Source: Yuukianura sp. NJ FZ-2021 (lineage: Eukaryota). From it: a DNA stretch of 64,000 nucleotides. The stretch spans positions 8,680,001 to 8,744,000 of the forward strand of contig CM102286.1 in the NCBI GenBank assembly GCA_046563655.1, in the 5' to 3' direction. This document shows, piece by piece, positions 36,301 through 51,600 of this stretch. Each line of letters opens with the position of its first letter. The stretch's first letter is position 1. Position numbers and translations under genes: made by a program. Below the pieces are notes generated by a model. That model was not told where the DNA came from. It did not search any database and was given only the letters and a program-made list of their open reading frames with translations.

Positions 36301-39300
36301 GGCGTAAGTTGGGCTTCGTAATTTTTTCTTACTTAAATTTTGTGCTTAAAATGCATGTCAGTTAAGATGAATAAAAAGGCAGTTAATTAACATTCTTAAT
36401 TGCGACTCTCTACAAAGAATTCTGACGGTGGCAACATCTCCTTTCATGTCACTTGTACCTTGTTATGAATAGCAGTGGACCTGATACAGCTTTTGTGTAA
36501 CGGTTTATCGCAGCCTAAGATTTCGTTCAAAAAATATTTCTCCACATGTATGAAACGGCATATCATCAAAGTTCTCCACACGACATTTGGCAGCAGCAAG
36601 GAATATGTAATATTTTACTTGCTAACAACACTCTCTTGTTTCCATTTTATTTCGATAGCAGTTCAAATCTACGGCGTAAGTTGGGCTTCGTAATTTTTTC
36701 TTACTTAAATTTTGTGCTTAAAATGCATGTCAGTTAAGATGAATAAAAAGGCAGTTAATTAACATTCTTAATTGCGACTCTCTACAAAGAATTCTGACGG
36801 TGGCAACATCTCCTTTCATGTCACTTGTACCTTGTTATGAATAGCAGTGGACCTGATACAGCTTTTGTGTAACGGTTTATCGCAGCCTAAGATTTCGTTC
36901 AAAAAAATATTTCTCCACATGTATGAAACGGCATATCATCAAAGTTCTCCACACGACATTTGGCAGCAGCAAGGAATATGTAATATTTTACTTGCTAACA
37001 ACACTCTCTTGTTTCCACTTTATTTCGATAGCAGTTCAAATCTACGGCGTAAGTTGGGCTTCGTAATTTTTTCTTACTTAAATTTTGTGCTTAAAATGCA
37101 TGTCAGTTAAGATGAATAAAAAGGCAGTTAATTAACATTCTTAATTGCGACTCTCTACAAAGAATTCTGACGGTGGCAACATCTCCTTTCATGTCACTTG
37201 TACCTTGTTATGAATAGCAGTGGACCTGATACAGCTTTTGTGTAACGGTTTATCGCAGCCTAAGATTTCGTTCAAAAAATATTTCTCCACATGTATGAAA
37301 CGGCATATCATCAAAGTTCTCCACACGACATTTGGCAGCAGCAAGGAATATGTAATATTTTACTTGCTAACAACACTCTCTTGTTTCCACTTTATTTCGA
37401 TAGCAGTTCAAATCTACGGCCTAAGTTGGGCTTCGTAATTTTTTCTTACTTAAATTTTGTGCTTAAAATGCATGTCAGTTAAGATGAATAAAAAGGCAGT
37501 TAATTAACATTCTTAATTGCGACGCTCTACAAAGAATTCTGACGGTGGCAACATCTCCTTTCATGTCACTTGTACCTTGTTATGAATAGCAGTGGACCTG
37601 ATACAGCTTTTGTGTAACGGTTTATCGCAGCCTAAGATTTCGTTCAAAAAAATATTTCTCCACATATATGAAACGGCATATCATCAAAGTTCTCCACACG
37701 ACATTTGGCAGCAGCAAGGAATATGTAATATTTTACTTGCTACCAACACTCTCTACTTTCCACTTTATTTCGATAGCAGTTCAAATCTACGGCGTAAGTT
37801 GGGCTTCGTAATTTTTTCTTACTTAAATTTTGTGCTTAAAATGCATGTCAGTTAAGATGAATAAAAAGGCAGTTAATTAACATTCTTAATTGCGACGCTC
37901 TACAAAGAATTCTGACGGTGGCAACATCTCCTTTCATGTCACTTGTACCTTGTTATGAATAGCAGTGGACCTGATACAGCTTTTGTGTAACGGTTTATCG
38001 CAGCTTAAGATTTCGTTCAAAAAAATATTTCTCCACATGTATGAAACGGCATATCATCAAAGTTCTCCACACGACATTTGGCAGCAGCAAGGAATATGTA
38101 ATATTTTACTTGCTAACAACACTCTCTTGTTTCCACTTTATTTCGATAGCAGTTCAAATCTACGGCGTAAGTTGGGCTTCGTAATTTTTTCTTACTTAAA
38201 TTTTGTGCTTAAAATGCATGTCAGTTAAGATGAATAAAAAGGCAGTTAATTAACATTCTTAATTGCGACTCTCTACAAAGAATTCTGACGGTGGCAACAT
38301 CTCCTTTCATGTCACTTGTACCTTGTTATGAATAGCAGTGGACCTGATACAGCTTTTGTGTAACGGTTTATCGCGGCTTAAGATTTCGTTCAAAAAAATA
38401 TTTCTCCACATGTATGAAACGGCATATCATCAAAGTTCTCCACACGACATTTGGCAGCAGCAAGGAATATGTAATATTTTACTTGCTAACAACACTCTCT
38501 AGTTTCCACTTTATTTCGATAGCAGTTCAAATCTACGGCGTAAGTTGGGCTTCGTAATTTTTTCTTACTTAAATTTTGTGCTTAAAATGCATGTCAGTTA
38601 AGATGAATAAAAAGGCAGTTAATTAACATTCTTAATTGCGACGCTCTACAAAGAATTCTGACGGTGGCAACATCTCCTTTCATGTCACTTGTACCTTGTT
38701 ATGAATAGCAGTGGACCTGATACAGCTTTTGTGTAACGGTTTATCGCAGCCTAAGATTTCGTTCAAAAAAATATTTCTCCACATGTATGAAACGGCATAT
38801 CATCAAAGTTTTCCACACGACATTTGGCAGCGGCAAGGAATATGTAATATTTTACTTGCTAACAACACTCTCTTGTTTCCGCTTTATTTCGATAGCAGTT
38901 CAAATCTACGGCGTAAGTTGGGCTTCGAAATTTTTTCTTACTTAAATTTTGTGCTTAAAATGCATGTCAGTTAAGATGAATAAAAAGGCAGTTAATTAAC
39001 ATTCTTAATTGCGACGCTCTACAAAGAATTCTGACGGTGGCAACATCTCCTTTCATGTCACTTGTACCTTGTTATGAATAGCAGTGGACCTGATACAGCT
39101 TTTGTGTAACGGTTTATCGCAGCCTAAGATTTCGTTCAAAAAAATATTTCTCCACATGTATGAAACGGCATATCATCAAAGTTCTCCACACGACATTTGG
39201 CAGCAGCAAGGAATATGTAATATTTTACTTGCTAACAACACTCTCTTGTTTCCACTTTATTTCGATAGCAGTTCAAATCTACGGCGTAAGTTGGGCTTCG

Positions 39301-42300
39301 TAATTTTTTCTTACTTAAATTTTGTGCTTAAAATGCATGTCAGTTAAGATGAATAAAAAGGCAGTTAATTAACATTCTTAATTGCGACTCTCTACAAAGA
39401 ATTCTGACGGTGGCAACATCTCCTTTCATGTCACTTGTACCTTGTTATGAATAGCAGTGGACCTGATACAGCTTTTGTGTAACGGTTTATCGCAGCCTAA
39501 GATTTCGTTCAAAAAAATATTTCTCCACATGTATGAAACGGCATATCATCAAAGTTCTCCACACGACATTTGGCAGCAGCAAGGAATATGTAATATTTTA
39601 CTTGCTACCAACACTTTCTACTTTCCACTTTATTTCGATAGCAGTTCAAATCTACGGCGTAAGTTGGGCTTCGTAATTTTTTCTTACTTAAATTTTGTGC
39701 TTAAAATGCATATCAGTTAAGATGAATAAAAAGGCAGTTAATTAACATTCTTAATTGCGACGCTCTACAAAGAATTCTGACGGTGGCAACATCTCCTTTC
39801 ATGTCACTTGTACCTTGTTATGAATAGCAGTGGACCTGATACAGCTTTTGTGTAACGGTTTATCGCAGCCTAAGATTTCGTTCAAAAATATTTCTCCACA
39901 TGTATGAAACGGCATATCATCAAAGTTCTCCACACGACATTTGGCAGCAGCAAGGAATATGTAATATTTTACTTGCTAACAACACTCTCTTGTTTCCACT
40001 TTATTTCGATAGCAGTTCAAATCTACGGCGTAAGTTGGGCTTCGTAATTTTTTCTTACTTAAATTTTGTGCTTAAAATGCATGTCAGTTAAGATGAATAA
40101 AAAGGCAGTTAATTAACATTCTTAATTGCGACTCTCTACAAAGAATTCTGACGGTGGCAACATCTCCTTTCATGTCACTTGTACCTTGTTATGAATAGCA
40201 GTGGACCTGATACAGCTTTTGTGTAACGGTTTATCGCAGCCTAAGATTTCGTTCAAAAAATATTTCTCCACATGTATGAAACGGCATATCATCAAAGTTC
40301 TCCACACGACATTTGGCAGCAGCAAGGAATATGTAATATTTTACTTGCTACCAACACTCTCTACTTTCCACTTTATTTCGATAGCAGTTCAAATCTACGG
40401 CGTAAGTTGGGCTTCGTAATTTTTTCTTACTTAAATTTTGTGCTTAAAATGCATATCAGTTAAGATGAATAAAAAGGCAGTTAATTAACATTCTTAATTG
40501 CGACGCTCTACAAAGAATTCTGACGGTGGCAACATCTCCTTTCATGTCACTTGTACCTTGTTATGAATAGCAGTGGACCTGATACAGCTTTTGTGTAACG
40601 GTTTATCGCAGCCTAAGATTTCGTTCAAAAAATATTTCTCCACATGTATGAAACGGCATATCATCAAAGTTCTCCACACGACATTTGGCAGCAGCAAGGA
40701 ATATGTAATATTTTACTTGCTAACAACACTCTCTTGTTTCCACTTTATTTCGATAGCAGTTCAAATCTACGGCGTAAGTTGGGCTTCGTAATTTTTTCTT
40801 ACTTAAATTTTGTGCTTAAAATGCATGTCAGTTAAGATGAATAAAAAGGCAGTTAATTAACATTCTTAATTGCGACTCTCTACAAAGAATTCTGACGGTG
40901 GCAACATCTCCTTTCATGTCACTTGTACCTTGTTATGAATAGCAGTGGACCTGATACAGCTTTTGTGTAACGGTTTATCGCAGCCTAAGATTTCGTTCAA
41001 AAAAATATTTCTCCACATGTATGAAACGGCATATCATCAAAGTTCTCCACACGACATTTAACAGCAGCAAGGAATATGTAATATTTTACTTGCTAACAAC
41101 ACTCTCTTGTTTCCACTTTATTTCGATAGCAGTTCAAATCTACGGCGTAAGTTGGGCTTCGTAATTTTTTCTTACTTAAATTTTGTGCTTAAAATGCATG
41201 TCAGTTAAGATGAATAAAAAGGCAGTTAATTAACATTCTTAATTGCGACTCTCTACAAAGAATTCTGACGGTGGCAACATCTCCTTTCATGTCACTTGTA
41301 CCTTGTTATGAATAGCAGTGGACCTGATACAGCTTTTGTGTAACGGTTTATCGCAGCCTAAGATTTCGTTCAAAAAAATATTTCTCCACATGTATGAAAC
41401 GGCATATCATCAAAGTTCTCCACACGACATTTGGCAGCAGCAAGGAATATGTAATATTTTACTTGCTAACAACACTCTCTTGTTTCCACTTTATTTCGAT
41501 AGCAGTTCAAATCTACGGCGTAAGTTGGGCTTCGTAATTTTTTCTTACTTAAATTTTGTGCTTAAAATGCATGTCAGTTAAGATGAATAAAAAGGCAGTT
41601 AATTAACATTCTTAATTGCGACTCTCTACAAAGAATTCTGACGGTGGCAACATCTCCTTTCATGTCACTTGTACCTTGTTATGAATAGCAGTGGACCTGA
41701 TACAGCTTTTGTGTAACGGTTTATCGCAGCCTAAGATTTCGTTCAAAAAAATATTTCTCCACATGTATGAAACGGCATATCATCAAAGTTCTCCACACGA
41801 CATTTGGCAGCAGCAAGGAATATGTAATATTTTACTTGCTAACAACACTCTCTTGTTTCCACTTTATTTCGATAGCAGTTCAAATCTACGGCGTAAGTTG
41901 GGCTTCGTAATTTTTTCTTACTTAAATTTTGTGCTTAAAATGCATGTCAGTTAAGATGAATAAAAAGGCAGTTAATTAACATTCTTAATTGCGACTCTCT
42001 ACAAAGAATTCTGACGGTGGCAACATCTCCTTTCATGTCACTTGTACCTTGTTATGAATAGCAGTGGACCTGATACAGCTTTTGTGTAACGGTTTATCGC
42101 AGCCTAAGATTTCGTTCAAAAAAATATTTCTCCACATGTATGAAACGGCATATCATCAAAGTTCTCCACACGACATTTGGCAGCAGCAAGGAATATGTAA
42201 TATTTTACTTGCTAACAACACTCTCTTGTTTCCACTTTATTTCGATAGCAGTTCAAATCTACGGCGTAAGTTGGGCTTCGTAATTTTTTCTTACTTAAAT

Positions 42301-45300
42301 TTTGTGCTTAAAATGCATGTCAGTTAAGATGAATAAAAAGGCAGTTAATTAACATTCTTAATTGCGACTCTCTACAAAGAATTCTGACGGTGGCAACATC
42401 TCCTTTCATGTCACTTGTACCTTGTTATGAATAGCAGTGGACCTGATACAGCTTTTGTGTAACGGTTTATCGCAGCCTAAGATTTCGTTCAAAAAAATAT
42501 TTCTCCACATGTATGAAACGGCATATCATCAAAGTTCTCCACACGACATTTGGCAGCAGCAAGGAATATGTAATATTTTACTTGCTAACAACACTCTCTT
42601 GTTTCCACTTTATTTCGATAGCAGTTCAAATCTACGGCGTAAGTTGGGCTTCGTAATTTTTTCTTACTTAAATTTTGTGCTTAAAATGCATGTCAGTTAA
42701 GATGAATAAAAAGGCAGTTAATTAACATTCTTAATTGCGACTCTCTACAAAGAATTCTGACGGTGGCAACATCTCCTTTCATGTCACTTGTACCTTGTTA
42801 TGAATAGCAGTGGACCTGATACAGCTTTTGTGTAACGGTTTATCGCAGCCTAAGATTTCGTTCAAAAAAATATTTCTCCACATGTATGAAACGGCATATC
42901 ATCAAAGTTCTCCACACGACATTTGGCAGCAGCAAGGAATATGTAATATTTTACTTGCTAACAACACTCTCTTGTTTCCACTTTATTTCGATAGCAGTTC
43001 AAATCTACGGCGTAAGTTGGGCTTCGTAATTTTTTCTTACTTAAATTTTGTGCTTAAAATGCATGTCAGTTAAGATGAATAAAAAGGCAGTTAATTAACA
43101 TTCTTAATTGCGACTCTCTACAAAGAATTCTGACGGTGGCAACATCTCCTTTCATGTCACTTGTACCTTGTTATGAATAGCAGTGGACCTGATACAGCTT
43201 TTGTGTAACGGTTTATCGCAGCCTAAGATTTCGTTCAAAAAAATATTTCTCCACATGTATGAAACGGCATATCATCAAAGTTCTCCACACGACATTTGGC
43301 AGCAGCAAGGAATATGTAATATTTTACTTGCTACCAACACTCTCTACTGTCCACTTTATTTCGATAGCAGTTCAAATCTACGGCGTAAGTTGGGCTTCGT
43401 AATTTTTTCTTACTTAAATTTTGTGCTTAAAATGCATGTCAGTTAAGATGAATAAAAAGGCAGTTAATTAACATTCTTAATTGCGACTCTCTACAAAGAA
43501 TTCTGACGGTGGCAACATCTCCTTTCATGTCACTTGTACCTTGTTATGAATAGCAGTGGACCTGATACAGCTTTTGTGTAACGGTTTATCGCAGCCTAAG
43601 ATTTCGTTCAAAAAAATATTTCTCCACATGTATGAAACGGCATATCATCAAAGTTCTCCACACGACATTTGGCAGCAGCAAGGAATATGTAATATTTTAC
43701 TTGCTAACAACACTCTCTTGTTTCCACTTTATTTCGATAGCAGTTCAAATCTACGGCGTAAGTTGGGCTTCGTAATTTTTTCTTACTTAAATTTTGTGCT
43801 TAAAATGCATGTCAGTTAAGATGAATAAAAAGGCAGTTAATTAACATTCTTAATTGCGACTCTCTACAAAGAATTCTGACGGTGGCAACATCTCCTTTCA
43901 TGTCACTTGTACCTTGTTATGAATAGCAGTGGACCTGATACAGCTTTTGTGTAACGGTTTATCGCAGCCTAAGATTTCGTTCAAAAAAAATATTTCTCCA
44001 CATGTATGAAACGGCATATCATCAAAGTTCTCCACACGACATTTGGCAGCAGCAAGGAATATGTAATATTTTACTTGCTAACAACACTCTCTTGTTTCCA
44101 CTTTATTTCGATAGCAGTTCAAATCTACGGCGTAAGTTGGGCTTCGTAATTTTTTCTTACTTAAATTTTGTGCTTAAAATGCATGTCAGTTAAGATGAAT
44201 AAAAAGGCAGTTAATTAACATTCTTAATTGCGACTCTCTACAAAGAATTCTGACGGTGGCAACATCTCCTTTCATGTCACTTGTACCTTGTTATGAATAG
44301 CAGTGGACCTGATACAGCTTTTGTGTAACGGTTTATCGCAGCCTAAGATTTCGTTCAAAAAAATATTTCTCCACATGTATGAAACGGCATATCATCAAAG
44401 TTCTCCACACGACATTTGGCAGCAGCAAGGAATATGTAATATTTTACTTGCTAACAACACTCTCTTGTTTCCACTTTATTTCGATAGCAGTTCAAATCTA
44501 CGGCGTAAGTTGGGCTTCGTAATTTTTTCTTACTTAAATTTTGTGCTTAAAATGCATGTCAGTTAAGATGAATAAAAAGGCAGTTAATTAACATTCTTAA
44601 TTGCGACTCTCTACAAAGAATTCTGACGGTGGCAACATCTCCTTTCATGTCACTTGTACCTTGTTATGAATAGCAGTGGACCTGATACAGCTTTTGTGTA
44701 ACGGTTTATCGCAGCCTAAGATTTCGTTCAAAAAAATATTTCTCCACATGTATGAAACGGCATATCATCAAAGTTCTCCACACGACATTTGGCAGCAGCA
44801 AGGAATATGTAATATTTTACTTGCTAACAACACTCTCTTGTTTCCACTTTATTTCGATAGCAGTTCAAATCTACGGCGTAAGTTGGGCTTCGTAATTTTT
44901 TCTTACTTAAATTTTGTGCTTAAAATGCATGTCAGTTAAGATGAATAAAAAGGCAGTTAATTAACATTCTTAATTGCGACTCTCTACAAAGAATTCTGAC
45001 GGTGGCAACATCTCCTTTCATGTCACTTGTACCTTGTTATGAATAGCAGTGGACCTGATACAGCTTTTGTGTAACGGTTTATCGCAGCCTAAGATTTCGT
45101 TCAAAAAAATATTTCTCCACATGTATGAAACGGCATATCATCAAAGTTCTCCACACGACATTTGGCAGCAGCAAGGAATATGTAATATTTTACTTGCTAA
45201 CAACACTCTCTTGTTTCCACTTTATTTCGATAGCAGTTCAAATCTACGGCGTAAGTTGGGCTTCGTAATTTTTTCTTACTTAAATTTTGTGCTTAAAATG

Positions 45301-48300
45301 CATGTCAGTTAAGATGAATAAAAAGGCAGTTAATTAACATTCTTAATTGCGACTCTCTACAAAGAATTCTGACGGTGGCAACATCTCCTTTCATGTCACT
45401 TGTACCTTGTTATGAATAGCAGTGGACCTGATACAGCTTTTGTGTAACGGTTTATCGCAGCCTAAGATTTCGTTCAAAAAAATATTTCTCCACATGTATG
45501 AAACGGCATATCATCAAAGTTCTCCACACGACATTTGGCAGCAGCAAGGAATATGTAATATTTTACTTGCTAACAACACTCTCTTGTTTCCACTTTATTT
45601 CGATAGCAGTTCAAATCTACGGCGTAAGTTGGGCTTCGTAATTTTTTCTTACTTAAATTTTGTGCTTAAAATGCATGTCAGTTAAGATGAATAAAAAGGC
45701 AGTTAATTAACATTCTTAATTGCGACTCTCTACAAAGAATTCTGACGGTGGCAACATCTCCTTTCATGTCACTTGTACCTTGTTATGAATAGCAGTGGAC
45801 CTGATACAGCTTTTGTGTAACGGTTTATCGCAGCCTAAGATTTCGTTCAAAAAAATATTTCTCCACATGTATGAAACGGCATATCATCAAACTTCTCCAC
45901 ACGACATTTGACAGCAGCAAGGAATATGTAATATTTTACTTCCTAACAACACTCTCTTGTTTCCACTTTATTTCGATAGCAGTTCAAATCTACGGCGTTA
46001 GTTGGGCTTCGTAATTTTTTATTACTTCAATTTGGTGCTTAAAATGCATGTCAGTTAAGATGAATAAAAAGGCAGTTAATTAACATTCTTAATTGCGACT
46101 CTCTACAAAGAATTCTGACGGTGGCAACATCTCCTTTCATGTCACTTGTACCTTGTTATGAATAGCAGTGGACCTGATACAGCTTTTGTGTAACGGTTTA
46201 TCGCAGCCTAAGATTTCGTTCAAAAAAATATTTCTCCACATGTATGAAACGGCATATCATCAAAGTTCTCCACACGACATTTGGCAGCAGCAAGGAATAT
46301 GTAATATTTTACTTGCTAACAACACTCTCTTGTTTCCGCTTTATTTCGATAGCAGTTCAAATCTACGGCGTAAGTTGGGCTTCGAAATTTTTTCTTACTT
46401 AAATTTTGTGCTTAAAATGCATGTCAGTTAAGATGAATAAAAAGGCAGTTAATTAACATTCTTAATTGCGACTCTCTACAAAGAATTCTGACGGTGGCAA
46501 CATCTCCTTTCATGTCACTTGTACCTTGTTATGAATAGCAGTGGACCTGATACAGCTTTTGTGTAACGGTTTATCGCAGCCTAAGATTTCGTTCAAAAAA
46601 ATATTTCTCCACATGTATGAAACGGCATATCATCAAAGTTCTCCACACGACATTTGGCAGCAGCAAGGAATATGTAATATTTTACTTGCTAACAACACTC
46701 TCTTGTTTCCGCTTTATTTCGATAGCAGTTCAAATCTACGGCGTAAGTTGGGCTTCGAAATTTTTTCTTACTTAAATTTTGTGCTTAAAATGCATGTCAG
46801 TTAAGATGAATAAAAAGGCAGTTAATTAACATTCTTAATTGCGACTCTCTACAAAGAATTCTGACGGTGGCAACATCTCCTTTCATGTCACTTGTACCTT
46901 GTTATGAATAGCAGTGGACCTGATACAGCTTTTGTGTAACGGTTTATCGCAGCCTAAGATTTCGTTCAAAAAAATATTTCTCCACATGTATGAAACGGCA
47001 TATCATCAAAGTTCTCCACACGACATTTGGCAGCAGCAAGGAATATGTAATATTTTACTTGCTAACAACACTCTCTTGTTTCCGCTTTATTTCGATAGCA
47101 GTTCAAATCTACGGCGTAAGTTGGGCTTCGAAATTTTTTCTTACTTAAATTTTGTGCTTAAAATGCATGTCAGTTAAGATGAATAAAAAGGCAGTTAATT
47201 AACATTCTTAATTGCGACTCTCTACAAAGAATTCTGACGGTGGCAACATCTCCTTTCATGTCACTTGTACCTTGTTATGAATAGCAGTGGACCTGATACA
47301 GCTTTTGTGTAACGGTTTATCGCAGCCTAAGATTTCGTTCAAAAAAATATTTCTCCACATGTATGAAACGGCATATCATCAAAGTTCTCCACACGACATT
47401 TGGCAGCAGCAAGGAATATGTAATATTTTACTTGCTAACAACACTCTCTTGTTTCCGCTTTATTTCGATAGCAGTTCAAATCTACGGCGTAAGTTGGGCT
47501 TCGAAATTTTTTCTTACTTAAATTTTGTGCTTAAAATGCATGTCAGTTAAGATGAATAAAAAGGCAGTTAATTAACATTCTTAATTGCGACTCTCTACAA
47601 AGAATTCTGACGGTGGCAACATCTCCTTTCATGTCACTTGTACCTTGTTATGAATAGCAGTGGACCTGATACAGCTTTTGTGTAACGGTTTATCGCAGCC
47701 TAAGATTTCGTTCAAAAAAATATTTCTCCACATGTATGAAACGGCATATCATCAAAGTTCTCCACACGACATTTGGCAGCAGCAAGGAATATGTAATATT
47801 TTACTTGCTAACAACACTCTCTTGTTTCCACTTTATTTCGATAGCAGTTCAAATCTACGGCGTAAGTTGGGCTTCGTAATTTTTTCTTACTTAAATTTTG
47901 TGCTTAAAATGCATGTCAGTTAAGATGAATAAAAAGGCAGTTAATTAACATTCTTAATTGCGACTCTCTACAAAGAATTCTGACGGTGGCAACATCTCCT
48001 TTCATGTCACTTGTACCTTGTTATGAATAGCAGTGGACCTGATACAGCTTTTGTGTAACGGTTTATCGCAGCCTAAGATTTCGTTCAAAAAAATATTTCT
48101 CCACATGTATGAAACGGCATATCATCAAACTTCTCCACACGACATTTGACAGCAGCAAGGAATATGTAATATTTTACTTGCTAACAACACTCTCTTGTTT
48201 CCACTTTATTTCGATAGCAGTTCAAATCTACGGCGTTAGTTGGGCTTCGTAATTTTTTATTACTTCAATTTGGTGCTTAAAATGCATGTCAGTTAAGATG

Positions 48301-48669
48301 AATAAAAAGGCAGTTAATTAACATTCTTAATTGCGACTCTCTACAAAGAATTCTGACGGTGGCAACATCTCCTTTCATGTCACTTGTACCTTGTTATGAA
48401 TAGCAGTGGACCTGATACAGCTTTTGTGTAACGGTTTATCGCAGCCTAAGATTTCGTTCAAAAAAATATTTCTCCACATGTATGAAACGGCATATCATCA
48501 AAGTTCTCCACACGACATTTGGCAGCAGCAAGGAATATGTAATATTTTACTTGCTAACAACACTCTCTTGTTTCCGCTTTATTTCGATAGCAGTTCAAAT
48601 CTACGGCGTAAGTTGGGCTTCGAAATTTTTTCTTACTTAAATTTTGTGCTTAAAATGCATGTCAGTTAA
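30334..48669. repeat. 373-bp satellite array, block 3 (~49 uninterrupted monomers)
   Basis: 371-374 bp periodicity with few variant sites. Confidence 0.99.
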
Positions 48670-51600
48670 GGACGGCTTATTGTTGATTTATTTTATCATG
48701 TCCACCAACTTGGTTTCCACCAACAACCAAATATTTTTTGAAACTTTAAAAACTGACTTCGGCATGATTGTTATAGTTCCATATCAATCAAAACAAAACA
48801 CTAGATCGACTATTAAAGTTCAAAGAAACTAACTTCTAGATCTAAAAGACCTTAAAGACCTTTAGATCTAAAAAAAAGAACCTTTATTACAACATCCATT
48901 AATTGACTTACACCCATTCACAGTACCCAATTTTCCAATTCTCTCGTGACTTTGTCAGTAGTGTAAATTGAGGTAATCCAGTTTAAAGTGACATCTACGG
49001 AAATGACGGGTTATGAGGGGAGAACAGTGTCGAACAATTCAGTACCCAAAGTTTAAACAATTTAATAAGTTTGCTGAAAAGCCGATAACTATTGAAACAC
49101 ATCTACACGAAACAAGCTCTCAATCACACCAAAAGGACTCCAATTGTATCCTTAAATTACCGTTCTAGAAACGTTATATTTTGGAGAATGAATACAGAAA
49201 ATGGCGAAAATTATAATTTATGTTCATAAATTCAGAGCAGAAACTTTACATAAGAGAAGCTGAAGAAGTAAGAGAAGAAGTAAGAGAACTATGTATTATA
49301 CTGTATTTGCACTAATCAGCTTGAACCAAAACAAGATGTGGATCTTCTTCGCTGGCGTCTCGAGTGTTGGTCTGTCCCAGCCGCTCACGTGATTTCTTCT
49401 TTGGAACTGAAAACAACAATATGTAAATCTCGCTCCTCATTATACACACTGTCAATATTTTTAGTAAATACCTTCAACGGAAGAATGCAAAGTTTGCCTT
49501 TTACGGTCACCTGCCTCTTGAATAGCTCGCTGTCGATAGAATGGTTGCCGGATTGGCATGCCTCGTTGCACTCTTGGATTTACAATTTCAGGAGCCAGGT
49601 CTTCATCGTAAAATCGAATAAACTTTGCTTTCATTTCCAACCAAAGCTTTGCAGTTTCTTCTGTCCGATAAATTCTTTGGATGAATAGAGGAAAGTCATG
49701 ACGAACTCCGGCAATTTCTTTGAAGCTGTATACGACAAAGTCGCACCAATTCCGGTTCGTTACATGCAGCAGCATTACAACTTGCTTGAAGTATTTGTGG
49801 GATTTAGCTAACTCCAGTGATGTTCCCGATTCTCCAACAGACTTTAAGTATGAACGGCCTTTTAGTAAATGTGGCATTTCATGAGGTGGGAATCCAACAA
49901 TTGAGGAAGGACATTTGATCTCCAGTAAACCATCATTTCCGATTAATCCATCAGGTGAAACTGCGAAGATCCCATTCTCGGAGCTGACAACTAGACCAGT
50001 AGGCACGACTTTGTTGAGGGAAACAGCTTCATACGCCAGGATTGCGTTCTTCTCATTTTGGCAACCAAACTTTATTGCTGCGACGTGACTTAATGATTTT
50101 GGATATAGGATCTTCTTGACCAGGGAAGAATTGGAGGTCGAATCCTTGAGTGAAAAGACTTCCCCGGCCATTGATGCAGTAATTCTCTTACTCCTTTCTT
50201 CGACCCATCGTTCTGAACCTGACTGTTCCCGTGTACCAAATGAAAGTTCTTCCCTTTCTGCCAACGTCAATTGAAGACTGACTTTTAGGTTGAAAATAAG
50301 GAGTTGCAGAGAATCATCGTCCAAGTCCGGTGATGCCGCATTGGGACCATAGTGGAGATCGCTCACAACGTTTCTTGTTGATTTCTTGGTTGGAGTTGTT
50401 CGTTGTCTCTTAATTGCGTCATACTTCCGAACTCTGTCGACTCTCTTCTGGGAAATTTGACTCGCTTGTTGCCAATGACGTGAAGGACTTTTCCCAGTCA
50501 ACCGTTTGCATATATCCAAATAGAATGATTTCCCCTTTGTAAACGACAAAGCTGCAGTTACTGCCCTGGAGTGCCAACCAAATCGTTGCGTCACGTGGAG
50601 TCGTTTCCCATGATTGTACTTTGCCATACGGGACATAAAGGATTCGGCGACGTTGGAAGTGTAGTTGGGAATCAACCTTTCTGACATAAACGACACCTTG
50701 TTCACGAGTTCTAAGATTTTCTTCCAGATTGCCAGATCCTCGATTTCTGGGACTCTATTTGGTTCCGGAGTTTTCTTGCAAAAGTAACTTGCACAATTGC
50801 TGTGGTCACCAAAGATGTGGAAAGGAACATTCATGATGTCGGAGCGAAGAAGCTGATGTCTAGATCTGTCGCTGTTATGCCTGAAGATAATTGCCGAACG
50901 TACAGACTTTCCAAATCTTCGGAGTTGGGGCTTTAGTAGTCTTCGATGAGCTAGTGGAATTGCTGTATCCTTGGTAAGCTTAATCAAGGCCTTGTTCAAA
51001 TTTTTGATGACGTGGTTAACGCATTCTGCTTTTTGAATTCGTATTCCGGGATAAATTGGATTTCCAAGCAGTGTCGTGTAAACAGATGAGTCTCCGTCAG
51101 CGATAAGCCTGTTGTAGACCAATCCGTGATCCTTCAAGCTGGATTGAAACCCCTCAAGGACTATCTTGGATTCCATACTTGTTGCACTGACTGTTTCGCT
51201 CCAGTTCTTGTAGCAAACATGATCGGGTGGTGACTTGCTGGCGTTTGATGACCTCTTACAGATGATACAGAACATGTTTTTTATCCCCAAGTGTAGTATC
51301 TTGTTTGTTCTGGCGCCAATAAGCACAGCAATACCACCTTTGGACTTGCATGAGTGTCCGTACGACCGAGTTGACCAGCCACCATCAGCAAACACACCCG
51401 TACAAGGGTAGACAGTTCCATTGACTTCAACAGTATCGCCGGCCTCAACAGCAGCTTTTGCCTCGGCTTTTCCGTTTTCAATGAGTTCCTCCATGAGTAC
51501 ATCATTCCATTGGTTACTCACTGCTTCTTGTACTTTGTTAAAGAATTTGAATGTTGGAAACGGGATGTCAAGCACCGTCATCAACTCCTTCACTGCCTCA

